Shown here piece by piece: positions 36,481-48,791 of a stretch of DNA of 64,000 nucleotides. The number at the start of each line of letters is the position of its first letter. The first letter of the stretch is position 1. The stretch is from Phoronis australis (taxonomy: Eukaryota > Animalia > Phoronida): assembly GCA_002633005.1 (NCBI GenBank), contig NMRA01000011.1, forward strand, positions 1,771,275-1,835,274, given 5' to 3'. A model generated the notes under the pieces. It had not been told where the DNA came from. It made no database searches and saw only the letters and a program-made list of their open reading frames with translations. A program made the position numbers and the translations under genes.

Positions 36481-38528
36481 GTCTATTGAACCTATTGTAT
36501 TGCCAAACACTACAGCTTGTTTTAGTGGAAAATGAACGGCTACATTTGAACTTTTTTGAGACTAGTAAATCAATATCTGGCACTTGTATAAATGGGGGTG
36601 CGTTTCAACAAATCGGTTGTTGCAAAGTTGTGTCACTGACATTTACCGGGCTCTAAGACCGTCAGCGGGTCCTCTATTCTGCATCAAGCCTTTCATGGAT
36701 GGAATAGCGGGTTCAACCGAGGTTTCTGAAAGGATATTCTTCACGTAACCTCTAAAATCGGTTTTGGTCATGCCTGAACGGTTCTGGATTCCTATCCCTC
36801 TTCCACACTTAACTGGTGCACAAAGGAAGGAAACAAAGGGTGGACAAGGGGAGAACACGTTGTGCATGTCATAGTCCTCTATCTGTGAGAAAAACAAGAT
36901 CTCGCAAGACCTCGCAAAATTACACGATTGCAAGTTGGCTAGGGTTTCGCAATCGTGCTCTAGCCTACCCTAGCAAAACTGCGAAAACTGAAGATGTTTA
37001 TAGGCTGGGATTGGATTGAATTCACAGTTTCCGTTCCATAATTAGCGAAGATTTTTTTCGCCCGGAGTGTAAGGTAGTGCCTATCAGTCGATAGCATTTA
37101 GCATTGTCTACACATTACGATGTTTTGTAAGTGAATCCAAATACGAGTTTGCGACTGCTACATGAATCTTCACTCCATGAACTTCGAAGTTGTACATATG
37201 AAAAATCAGAATATTCAGGCAAGGCCCATCATAAGGGAGTGAAGAGGCAAAGCTGATGGCGCTCAGGGGAGGGGAGGGGGCAACAAGTGCTGACCGGTGG
37301 GGCTACGGTTGGGATGTGGCATTGGTGACGATCAGTGGCGATGGTCACTTGGTAGAATGTCGGGGTGCGATAGACAGATGGGTTGCATCGAATTGTGCTC
37401 AGACGCCTTCTCCCGTGCGAGGACATTCTGCAAGACCAGCGTGTTATAATATCGACAGAGATTGCGACCGCTTGCGGATTCGGTATTTGTTATATGTACA
37501 GTAAGACTGAATGTTCTGTTCTTCGAAGGCTTGTTTGTAATTTGTTTGTATGGGGTGGGAGGGGATATTCAAGAGGAATGGAAAAATTCAAAGCAAATTT
37601 GAAACGAAACAAACTGAACCAGCCAGGAGTAAGGGAAAGACAGATATTTTATAATAGTTCATTACGAGCAGCAGCATAATTACTCTTTATAAGCTTTACT
37701 ATGAAAGAAAGCAGCAGCGGAGCTAAGTTTTATAAAATTTCACTGCGAGGGAAACCAACTGCCGAGTTATATTTCATAAAAGTTCGATATGAGCGAGTTG
37801 TTTTTTACTTCTTTTTGTGATAGTTCACTATAAGCGAAAACAGCAGCGGCGTAAATTTCTATAACAACTTACTAAGACGAACAACGCCAGCCGAGTTATG
37901 TTCATGACTACGTTTTTTCCATAATTTTCGGTGATGACAATAATTGAATCCCTTGGAAATACGTGTATACGCGAGAAGGGGTAAAATTAACGATTTGAAG
38001 ACAGGCAGTCTGTTGTTGGAATTGGGATTAGTAGGTAGGCATTTATTTAAGCATTTAATGCCTTGGCCCACATGTTACATACAATTTACAGGATAACGCT
38101 GAGCTGCTTTTCACTAAGGGCAGTGGCGTGAAATACAAATTTAATTAGATTAATCTGAGCAATAGGCTCCGACATTTTCATTAGCTTCACAAATCTATCT
38201 TCATTTGGTTCACGCCAGCAACACTCAAGTATAAATGCAGTTCTAAGAGAGCAGTACAATTACATATGAAATGGTATTCATCTTCAGTTAGGGGTACACT
38301 TAAACAACACACACGGTACATGTATTATTCAGAGATTGGCTGTGGGTTTGTTTAAAAGGTAGATATGCTTTGAGATTGTGCGTAGATGGAGAGAAAATGA
38401 TTACAAACAGTAATTATTTATTATATGATAAACTCTGTTCAGACAAGTGAAACCTGTTCTTAATTAAGTAATCAATTACAAAGAAGAGTAACTACGCTAA
38501 CGTCCTCTTTAACGATTACTTCAATCAG

Positions 38529-38720
38529 TCAACCAAAATAATGTCTGCTATCCCAGCTGCGGGACTCTCCACTTGTTGTATGACAGTACCGTTGGTGAAT
38601 CTTCGAACTACACACACTGCATTGCGACAGTGTGCTTGATGGTCGCAGGGTCTGGTGACACAACACTTGCAGACAGTTTCTTCTTAGTACCCACAATTCT
38701 TCTTGCTGGTCACAGTCTCT
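38529..38720 (-). other. Cys/His cluster resembling a decayed PHD finger, likely TE-borne
   Basis: CLQVLC...SQCSVCSSKIHQRYC; adjacent cgtcctctttaa could be a TTAA terminus. Confidence 0.3.
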
Positions 38721-39879
38721 GGTGATGCAACACCTCAGGCAGTATCTTACTACCCACGATGCCAGTGACAAGCTCGTGGTTTACTTCCAGTTCGTTAAGG
38801 TGTCACTGAACAGTTAGGCTGTGTCTGCGGCCAATTTGCACTCCCAAAATATTAAATTCTAGGGGTAGGCCAGGGTTTGGGGAATTTTGAGTTAGGTATT
38901 GTACATGTATGTACATGTAGGCCAAGTGAATGTGGTTTGCTTGTATTTGTGAACATGCTGAGAATGAAAGAAGACCACTTTTTAGGCTGTAGCTGCACTC
39001 TCCTTCAAGATGGTGTCCCCCTGTTGCAATTGTGCATTGTTGTGTAGCAACTGAGAAATTGGCCTCGACATCATGTAGCCCTCAAACAAGACAGATTTGC
39101 AAAAACAGTGCCGATTTTGCATTTTTTGCCCTTGTTTTTCTTAGTGTAGCTTGGTTTTCAGTGGGAGTGAAAGGGTCAAAATACAAGAGGGAACAAAGTT
39201 TCTGTGCTCATCTGTAGGGCCTTTGATGTGAAATCACTCAAAACTTTTCTTTATTTGCATGCAGTTTTTTACAGAGTGAAGAAAGGGCGAAAAGTCCATT
39301 GAAAGGTGTTCTGATAGGCAAATCCCTGTGAGAACTGTTCTGTGCCTCCTAACCTTTGCCCTTGCCAAGATCCTCTCTAGAATCTTCCGCGAGATGGCTC
39401 TGTTGTACAATTTCCTCTGTACACCGTAACAAGTCTTTATGCTTCAACTACTATAGCGCATCTCAGTATCTTCTTGATTTTAGCCCATATTATAGTATTC
39501 TACTTTTTTAGCAATTGGCTAATAAAAGCCACATAATCTTATTTAATCATGTCATTGGCTGTTACAATTTACTCTCAGAAATTTCTAGAATCTCTAGAGT
39601 GCTTTGACCCCAGAACCAAAGTAGTAAACACCATCTAAAAATAGATTTTGACGTTAAAATACATGTCAACAAATTTCACCCCATGATTTAAAATTACATA
39701 TGCACAAATTCTGGGCAACTTTAAATGGACCTATTCTTACTAATTACTTAATCAATATTTATTCTAACAGTATTTTGGTCCACAAGAGCATGTCTACATT
39801 TCTCTATAAGTTATGGTTGGACCAACGTGATTTTGCCATTGCTACTAAAACGATAAATAAATATCGCGCAACAGACAGG

Positions 39880-41725
39880 ATTCCATTTGGAAATTAATTT
39901 TAAAAGAGGAATATGTATTAAGTTTTGAGCTATTTTCTACAGCGAAGCTCCAATCTTCTAAAAATTAATTCACTGTTCACAAATGACAAGAAAAGATGAT
40001 TCGCAGCCAACTCCCTGATTGTGCCAGACCAATCTAAAACCATATCTTTGCAGCAAATTTCTAACAAATCAAGCCTAATTTTTCCTACCAGCCTCATCCA
40101 ATGTGACAAGCTTGTCACTGACTGATTCTGGATTTTGATGTGCTGGCATTTTTGACAATTTAAACCAATACTTGATCACTTTAACAAACAGCTTTTCATA
40201 AATTGGATACCTTCCCAGTAGATGCCAATGTTCGTATTTTCCTAATGATCCGCCTTTTCTAAATACCATTATTTTTGTTTTTTATGATTGACTTTCATAC
40301 CCCAAAGCTGACAGTATTCATGCAAAACGTTTCAAAATTTGTTGCTGTAGTTTAAATGCTGTCTCTGCCCAACCAACCATATCATCAGTGAATAGAATAT
40401 ACAAATTTGAGGTACATTCTCATTTACGTAAATTTTGCTATTTAAAGATTCTCTTTAATAATCAGCAAACTCGTCCAAATACATACTGAATAAAAACAAA
40501 CTAAGCATACAACCTTGGCGAGTACCAATGTTGTTACTGAAAAAGTCAGTTACCCTACGCTAAGTTCTTAAACACGCTCTTACATTTGAATAAATACTTT
40601 TCATAAATTTTAAAACACTACCATGAATACCTATTTTTGTAGCCTATTCCACAAAGTTCATGTGAAATGTTGTCAAAGGCCCGAGAAAAATCCACGTATA
40701 TAGCATAAAATATGCCTCTGCGCTTACTCAAGTACTTATGAACAATTCCTTGTAAGGTAAAAATTTGGTCTATTGTACTATACCCTTTTCTAAGACCAGC
40801 CTTGGTTAAATAAGTTGTTAACTTTAGCTCGACTTGTTAGACGAGTGTTAATAAGTTTTGTGAAAATTTTCCCGAGAACAGGCAAAAGCGAAATTCCTCG
40901 ATAATTATTTACGTCATTGACGTCCCCGTGCATAATCAATGGACATATTATAGCGTCACACCAGTGAGGAAATTCTCAAGATCGTAGAGCACTGTTAAAA
41001 AAGTGTGTCAAAACAGGTGTTATACACTGTATAATCTTTGGTGAGCTTAAAGACTTCACAAACGAGTGTGTCAACACCAGAAGTTCTACCGTTCGGTAGG
41101 TCTAAAATCATGATTCAGTTGATTTGGGTCATCTACCAGACAGTCATTACAATACTCATCATGACTTGCAAAGTTTTTTTCTACTTGTCCAAGCATACAT
41201 GTAGGTACATTATCAGGATTTCCATGGTTCAAAGAGTGACAGAAAGTGGAAAAACCATTTATTGGCAGAAATTGAAGAATCTGGCGTCTTTTTCCTTGAG
41301 CATGATTTCACTAGCTGCCAAAACGCTCTGGGATTGTTAACATTTTCAATTAGGTTTTTCATGTCATCTTCAATCAACTTTTCTTTGGACTAACACTTTA
41401 GATTTTTGTCGCAATTCTTTGTTATACTTAACAACATTTACCTGGTTGTTATATTTTCGGAAAGCAGACAGCGCACAATTTCTTTCTCTTTTCAGTGCAT
41501 CTAAATCCTCATCCAACAATGAGGGCTGAGTTTTCACAAATTTAACCACGGCACAGGAGTGTACAGTCGGCTGATTTATACATTTTGTTTAACGACTGAA
41601 CTGCGTCTTCAACCCTACTGCTCTCAATAAAATTCGCAATATCACTAGAGAACACTTGGGACCCACTAACAAACTTGTCCACGAACTGACTACATTTTTC
41701 AGCCTTCCATCTAACTCGGTCATAG
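39880..41725 (-). mobile_element. CR1-group LINE, RT part (decayed)
   Basis: AGLRKGYSTIDQIFTL...YVDFSRAFDNISH, GTRQGCMLS, ILFTDDMV. Confidence 0.9.
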
Positions 41726-42249
41726 TGTTACTGCAGACTGCCATGCTATGTTATTCTGACTTACGCGTAAGAATACACTTGGTTTCCGCCTTGTAATTAG
41801 ACTTGTTAGTGTATACTTCTTGCGCCAGAAGTCGCTCTCTCTGACTACGTATTCTCGTGTCGCCTTTTTCGAATGTCATTCCACAAACGTTTATGGTGGA
41901 CTCAACAATGTACATACAGTTATTCAAAGGAATTTTTGTTGGACTTGGGCGATATCGGCGTAATTACTCGTGTTTCTTGATATACAGTAGTTTATTTGCT
42001 TCCGTTAGTTTTCCATGTTCTGTCAGTGTATTTAACGTTTTGAAAGCTCGCTATTATGTATGCCCTTTGTCCGTCGTCATTTTCTTAGGCGTTGTCCAGA
42101 GAATTGAGTTGTAATATATACATGGCATAGCATTATGTGTAAACTTGAACATAGTTTTTTGTTATATTTCAGTTTTCCTACTACTACTATTTTTTCTACT
42201 AACAAATAAAAGAGTAAAGCCCCCGAGCCTGTTTTGTCTTGCTTCAACA
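41726..42249 (+). repeat. 5' LTR
   Basis: TGTTA...CAACA with AATAAA near the end; matches 43711-44173. Confidence 0.9.
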
Positions 42250-43710
42250 TTTGTAAAGCCGATGGCCTGCTGTTCCACTGACTGGACTGCGACATGAATG
42301 GCCTCGATACGTATGAATGTTACTGTGAGTCATTTCTGTTGTGTCTTGTGAAGTTCCAGTAAACTGACAGTGTTCAAGTAACGTTATCATGCCGTCAGTT
42401 GCTGAGGGGTCAGCCAGCAATGACAAGCCGCCGCTAGGTAGAGACGTTACTATAGTGACAACAGCTTCATGCAAACAAGCAAAGACTCCCCAGGCCTCAG
42501 TGACTAAACTTACAAACAACCTTAAGCATTTAAAGAAGAGCTCTCAGATAATCTTCATCTAGTGTAAGACGTTCTTATAGAACTGGACAGTAACATCAAG
42601 ATTTTTATTGATGTTTATGAACACTACTTATCAGTTTTGAAACATGACGGCAGTAAGCAGTTGGTTAAAGAGAAATTCTCGTCAAAGATTGGTGATATTG
42701 ATTTGATTTGTTATATCCGTGGAAGCAAAATCTCTTACTAGAAGATGTCTCTTGTCGACGATCGTATCAGTGTAAGACCATCTCGGGATTTTGGGGCCGT
42801 TTGTACTCCAGGGCCAAGATGATCCTGTAAGATTTATGCAAAAAGAATGGGTTGGAAGTGGCTGTGCGAATTACCCCGAATGGAAGAAGTTTCCTGTCAC
42901 CGCCATTACATTCCAGAAGATTATGGTCCCATAGTTTCACGTGCGTTACATCTGTTTTCTGACGCGAACGCCAATGGTAGTGGATGTTGTGCGTATTTAA
43001 GATTTGTTAATGCCAGAAACCATGCTCATTACTGTCTCGTTTTAGGGAAGAATAGAGTGGCTCCTTAAGCGAATGACCATCCCTAAGATGGAGTTGACCG
43101 CAGATGCTGTGTCGCTTCAAATTGGACGAATGGTATGCATGGATTTGGACCTGCCACCCAACAGTGTTACGTACCATATCGATTATATGGCTGTACTACA
43201 TTGCCTGCAAAGTACCAGTGGGCGATTTCCGGTATTTGTTGCTAAACGCATACAGCAAATACACGACTTCAGCGACCCGACCCAGTGAAGGGATGCAAAC
43301 AGTGAGAGCAATCATGTGGACGCTCAGAAGTTTTTCACTTATGACGAATGGTTCATGGGCCCTTCTGTTCTTTGGAGACCGCAATATTCGTTTCTGCAAC
43401 CAATCGATTTTCCTGCTCCTGATGATCCCTGTAGCAGAACCGCTATTCAGGCGTTCGCATGACTGTGATGGAGTTTTCTGGTGGATTTGCAAAACTGATA
43501 TTCTACTGCTCGAGTTGGACGGCTGTGAAGAAGGTTGTGGTTGTGTTCCAAAGATTGAGCGCTCGGTCAATAAATTGGTTCTGCTCGTTTCCACTTAGTG
43601 AATATTTGCAATCTTGTTAATAAATGTGATTATTGTGTTGTTTATTTGTCATGACTATCGGCAGTGATGTTGTTCGAAGTAAATCTCGATTTCCTTGTTT
43701 ACGGGGGGAG

Positions 43711-44173
43711 TGTTACTGCAGACTGCCATGTTATGTTAATCTGATTTACGCGTACGAATACGCTTGCTTCACGCCTTGTAATTAGACTTTTTACTGTGTA
43801 CTTCTTGCGCCAGATGTCACTCTCTCTCTGACTACTTATTCTCGTGCCGCCTTTTTCAAATGTCATTCTATAAATGGTGGAGAAACGCCAATGTACCTAC
43901 AGTTATTCAACGGAATTTTGGGCGATATCGGCGTAAGTACTCGTGTTTCTTGATATAAAGTAGTTTATTTGCTTTCGTTAGTTTTCCATCTTCTGTCAGT
44001 GTATTAACGTTTTGAACGCTTGCTACTACATGTACGTATGCCCTTTGTCCGTCGTCCTTTTCTTGGGCTTTGTCCAGGCATGTTACGTGTAAACTTGAAC
44101 ATAGTTTTTGTTATGTTTCAGTTTACCTACTAATACTACTTATTCTACTGACAAATAAAAGAGTAAAGCCCCC
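43711..44173 (+). repeat. 3' LTR, missing its last ~25 bp
   Basis: Starts tgttactgcagactgcc after the PPT; similarity ends at gagtaaagccccc. Confidence 0.9.
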
Positions 44174-44870
44174 AAAATGAAACAAATCAGTAGATAATAG
44201 TAAATAATCAACTAAACTACACCCTTTATTAGACAAACACGTAAACCTTCTTCCTCATGAACTGGAAATCTAAAGTTACATGCATGAACATTTAACTTGC
44301 AACACATTTGCATCATTTTCCAAATGAATTAATCACCTGATCTTTACAGATCCTCGACAAATTAAAGGTATCTGAGTCGTACCATCCACCTGAAGGCAAA
44401 AACTCTTCTGAGTCGTCTTGAATATACTCTGACAGATTGCCAATTCTAGCGTTAAGATCGCCAGTAATCAAAAGAGATAAATCATCATGGGCATTTAAAA
44501 GCGCATCTTCAATAACCATTTCTCAACACTCTTTTCAATTTGATTTTCATACACTGTCGCACCCTCTGGTGGCAAGAAACACAGCAGAATAATACTCCTT
44601 TTCAGTACACAATAGACTCTTGCTAATAAATAGAAAAAGATCAAAATCACATTTCACTCGAATTACATACCGAGCTAAACATTTCTTTACAAACGCACAT
44701 GCTGCACCCAAGTTTCTACCAAATATCCTTTTTGTTATATTAACTTTACTGAAACAAGTTTCCACAACTCCAAGTAAATCAAATGAACAGAAAGTGTATA
44801 ATTAATGTTACTTTTGTTATCTATTTTGCTACCTAATCCGTGGACATTCCAGACTGTTATACGTATTTCG
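44174..44870 (-). mobile_element. CR1-group LINE, APE endonuclease part (decayed)
   Basis: IRITVWNVHGL, LLGVVET, ITGDLNARIG, NSFGK, SLVDY motifs. Confidence 0.9.
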
Positions 44871-46153
44871 CTGCTCCTTGGAGGCTCTGGGCCGTGGCCA
44901 GATTGCTAGGAATTTCTGTAGATGTCTTGCTTGATTTCTTTAACCATTTTCTTTGGGATTAGTAACATAATAATGACTGTCATCATGTTCCATTCTTAGG
45001 GTTACCTTTCAAAACTGGTCCACTTGCTACCATCAAATGTTCGTCTTGTTGGTAGAAACCTAAATTTTACTGTGAAATAATAAACCTATTTCATAATTTT
45101 CATACTTGGGCCACATTAAGTTTAATGCGGTACAGGCCGATCGCCTATATATACCAGAAGGAGTTCAGGAACACAGCAAATATAATGTAAAGTACCAGAT
45201 GGGTATACAAACTATGAAATGGACGACAGCAATACCGAGTAAGCAGGTCATTCTGCACAGGCTGAGTGAGCATGCCTACCGGAGAGTGGTAAAACTGCTT
45301 AAACAAGTAGACCATATCACTTCCTAATGAAAACCTGTGCGTGGTATAAGCTGGGCTGCTTGAGGCAACAACCATTCAATGACCTTCAAAAGCTGTTCAT
45401 ACAATGTTAATAATTGATGACCTGAAATGATTTTCGATCCAATGCTCCGTGATGTTAAAGGTCTTTCGAAGCGCAACTGCTACAATAAATCACACCACAA
45501 AAAACATAGGAAAACTTAAAATTACAATGACAAATTTATTTTGAGACTATTATTGTGTCTATACGGGAGGGACTGCTGCCAAATATATGAATTTGTATAT
45601 TAATGTTCGTACTGCTGAAGCCCAGTAGGTTTTGGTTTCGTTTTTCGGTTGTAACCATGGTCACTTGACGTATGGATAAAATACAAAGGTGTGTTTCTAC
45701 AGACGCCGTTGTTACATTCTTACATGTAGGTTAGTTATCGACCTAATAGTGACTAAGACAATCAAACTACAGGGGGCAAGGAGTTGGTTTATGTATTACT
45801 TTTAGAAATTAATGTTTTCGTCAGTTGTTTGATATTGAGATTCATTTTCAAAGGTGAGTATTTGAGCATAGCGTTTTGTGGTCAATGTTCTCCCGGGCCT
45901 TGTTTGAGTCGGTGTAATTGGCATAGGTTTCATTGATGCTGAAAATGAATTTCGTTGAGTGAACCAAATACTGCACATTTTTATTATTCATGATGAATAC
46001 GTTCAAATCTCTTCCGGCTACGCCTAATCAAGAAACAGGAAAACAAAAGATTGAAAGGATACCAAACCTGGTTTTAGAATATTAACAGACAACAATTGAC
46101 AATGCTTGAATAAATTTTCAGTAACAAGTTTTGTAAATTGTATGGTAGATATG

Positions 46154-47306
46154 TAGGTTATACAACGTACGTGTTTGAACCATTGGTTATTATATCGAGA
46201 TTTGCGGTATGCAAAAGTATTTGAATGAGTGCGAAGCCCGAGTTCAAATACTTTTGCATATCACGAATCTCGATATAATAACCACTTGATACAAACACGT
46301 ACGTTGTATAACCTATTTATCCTAAACGCCCCACTGAGGATTCTTTAAAGAAGCGGGTATACACAGATTGTTCCGCTTGTTCTGGTGTCGTATGTCATTT
46401 TTTATCAATGATGATTGCAGATCGCGTGACACGTATACGGGCCCACAATTTTTTGTGAATGAATTTTTGCAGCCTGTATGACACGGCAGTCAAGTCGTAT
46501 GTTACAGCAGCTACAGGCTTGGGGTGCACATCTGCTATTTTCGGTATTTTCGTCAGAGTTTGAGCTAAAACTATCTCTAAGTTAAAGTTTGCTTACATTT
46601 CTGACGATTTTTCTTGGCTTCGTTGAGTAATATCTGTGCAAGAAAACCCAGACGTTGTGGCTGATGCACGTTCAGACTCTTATTAAAAATGCTCCTTGTG
46701 CGCGGTTTTTATCATTTTTAAGTAGAAAGTATTCTGAAATAGATCGTAACAAAAATACAGTGTTTACAAAAGTTGCAGTTTTATTTTTGAGCTCGACATA
46801 TTTTGATTGTTTTGAGAACGAATTTAAAAATTGACTCATATTTGATAACCTCAACTGGTGTACTGCAATAGGTGACCAAAACGAGGCATGTATTTGTAAA
46901 GTATATTGCTTTCTTAATCCCAAATATATTGTGGCAAGTTCGAGACTTCGTGTGATTTAAGTGTTCTACTCAGGTGCAAAATTTTACGGTATATTAAGAA
47001 ACATTGTCAACAATATTTTCATTTCACTTTTTTGTTTAATTTTCAGAACTCCTATCATAGTATTGGCATGTGAAAATATTGCGCACGGAGATGAACCCAA
47101 AGTGGTGTCATATACATGTATATATACAATCATGTTCAATTGTATTGTATAGTATTGTATTGTATTGTGTGCTCAGGAGGGATTTTGGCGAGAAAGAAGG
47201 CATCCGTATTCAACGCGAGTTGAATAACAGAAAAGTAGTTCGTCGATATCAAACCTCACAATACGACCTGTATTTCATGGCCACACTATCACGCGTATAG
47301 GATAAA
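46154..47306 (+). mobile_element. Hairpin-ended non-autonomous element (Crypton-like)
   Basis: ~75-bp-arm hairpin 46154-46315 with gcgaagc centre; tttatcctaaacgc (46316) inverted to gcgtataggataaa (47293-47306). Confidence 0.65.
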
Positions 47307-47310
47307 TATA

Positions 47311-48417
47311 CTGTAATTTATTACATGGCGAAGTCGTTATGGCCCGTTATCTAGAGCCCGAGTGGATTTTGGAGACTTATCGCCCGAGGTGCAAGTTGAT
47401 AATTCTACAGAATCCACGTGGACTCTAGATAAGGGGATAACCACTGAGAATATATAATAATCTATTTATACCACATACTGAACGAGAAACATTGCACTGA
47501 ATCGATCTACTTTTCTCGACCCGCCTCGGCTTTGTAACTACTTTCTATGTCAGAGGCCCGGGGTCGGAGATCATGACCTTTTAAGAAAAGCCGAGCTATT
47601 TTTGTCAAATAATGCTTTTACTCAAAACCAATTGAAAATTTAAAAAAATTAGAAATAAAGTGAATCTTAAATTAAGATTTAGCAGCTATTATAGCTTACT
47701 AAACATTTTATCAGGCTAAGTTTCGTCTGCTAAAGTAGGTTACCACTAGTAACTGAGTATAATGCTCAAGTCAAAGGATCCTGACGACACGATACCCGCA
47801 TTCACATTGGAGATCGGTGATTTTACAAGCAAGTGAGAGAACACGAGAGAAAGAAATCACTGAATTAAAATATATGTAACAGAGCAAGTCTCCATTGAAC
47901 CTCAAAATATGTATTTTCTCTCATCAGGCATTCGTTTCAGTTCAATTTGCACCTGATTACGATCAACTTTCCATGAAAGCAAAAGAAGGAAACACCCTTC
48001 TCCTAAGCCTGTCGCTAGCGAAGTGCCCGACACATACAGTTGCGCCCACATGCCCCCGTAACAAAGGCGCACTGAGACGCAATAAAATAAGAATAACAAT
48101 AAGCGTAAAGTTACGAACGTCCCGTCACACATGGTTTTCATAGAAATTATGCGTTTTATTTTTCATAGCGTATAAATGTTGGTACAATGCTCTTTGCTGA
48201 GCATGCGACTGTTGCGCGTGCTCATTAAGTATTCTATTTTCACGTTCGATGACGTCAGCCGCTGAGTGGTGTAGTGGTAAAATCGGGGAATCGAAACTCT
48301 TGAGGACCGGGTTCGAAACCGTCCTCGGTTTCCAACTATGTCATCTCACTAGTGAGATAACTAGATGGGTTATTACACGGTTGTGTTTACCATTTGACGC
48401 TGACATTATGGTATAAA
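47311..48417 (+). mobile_element. Hairpin-ended non-autonomous element (Crypton-like) with tRNA-like cassette
   Basis: Terminal hairpin ~47320-47460; tttatacca (47465) inverted to tggtataaa (48409-48417); homologous to 4764-6003. Confidence 0.65.
48258..48334 (+). other. tRNA-derived (SINE-head-like) Pol III cassette, not a functional tRNA
   Basis: A box TGGTGTAGTGG 48267, B box GGTTCGAAACC 48310; stems imperfect. Confidence 0.6.
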
Positions 48418-48791
48418 GTGACGTATTTTCCTTTTAATACAGCAGTGCTTTAGACTTAATAAAATAAAACTTAGTTGCTGGCTGCCAACACAATGCTCTG
48501 CGTGCGTAGTCGCGCACGTGTGCATATAAGTCGCCGGTGACACTCGTGTTTACTTCAACATACTTTTGTAATTAAGTGACCAATAATCATTTTCATTCTT
48601 ATTTTTATTTATCCCAGGCAATTCAATAGACAGCATAGCACTGATTACAGGGATAGTGGACTTAGGTTTACTCAATAATGTCGAAAGTTTGTGAACAGGT
48701 TTATATTCTGCGTGAACTGGACATGCGTTATTCAAAGCCGTGTCCACTGATGTTGGGCTAAAGGTCAAATAAATGAAAGAGTGAAATAAAC

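Larger units (their letters stand above)
41726..44173 (+). mobile_element. Internally deleted BEL/Pao LTR retrotransposon inserted in the LINE
   Basis: Two LTRs; PPT ggggggag before the 3' LTR; LHLFSDA..G..AYLR, KNRVAP, TIPKMELTA, FVAKRIQQI (Pao RNase H region). Confidence 0.92.

Noticed and set aside
36300-36640. Minus-strand transposase-like peptide (IYDVKGLL...)
   Set aside because: Many stops; the plus-strand TMEM272-like reading with a proper acceptor explains the region better.
37330-37420. PHD-finger-like VECxxCDRWLH
   Set aside because: Needs two frameshifts in ~30 nt and lacks the remaining ligands.
48258-48334. Functional tRNA gene
   Set aside because: Acceptor, D and anticodon stems pair poorly and the sequence lies inside a repeat.
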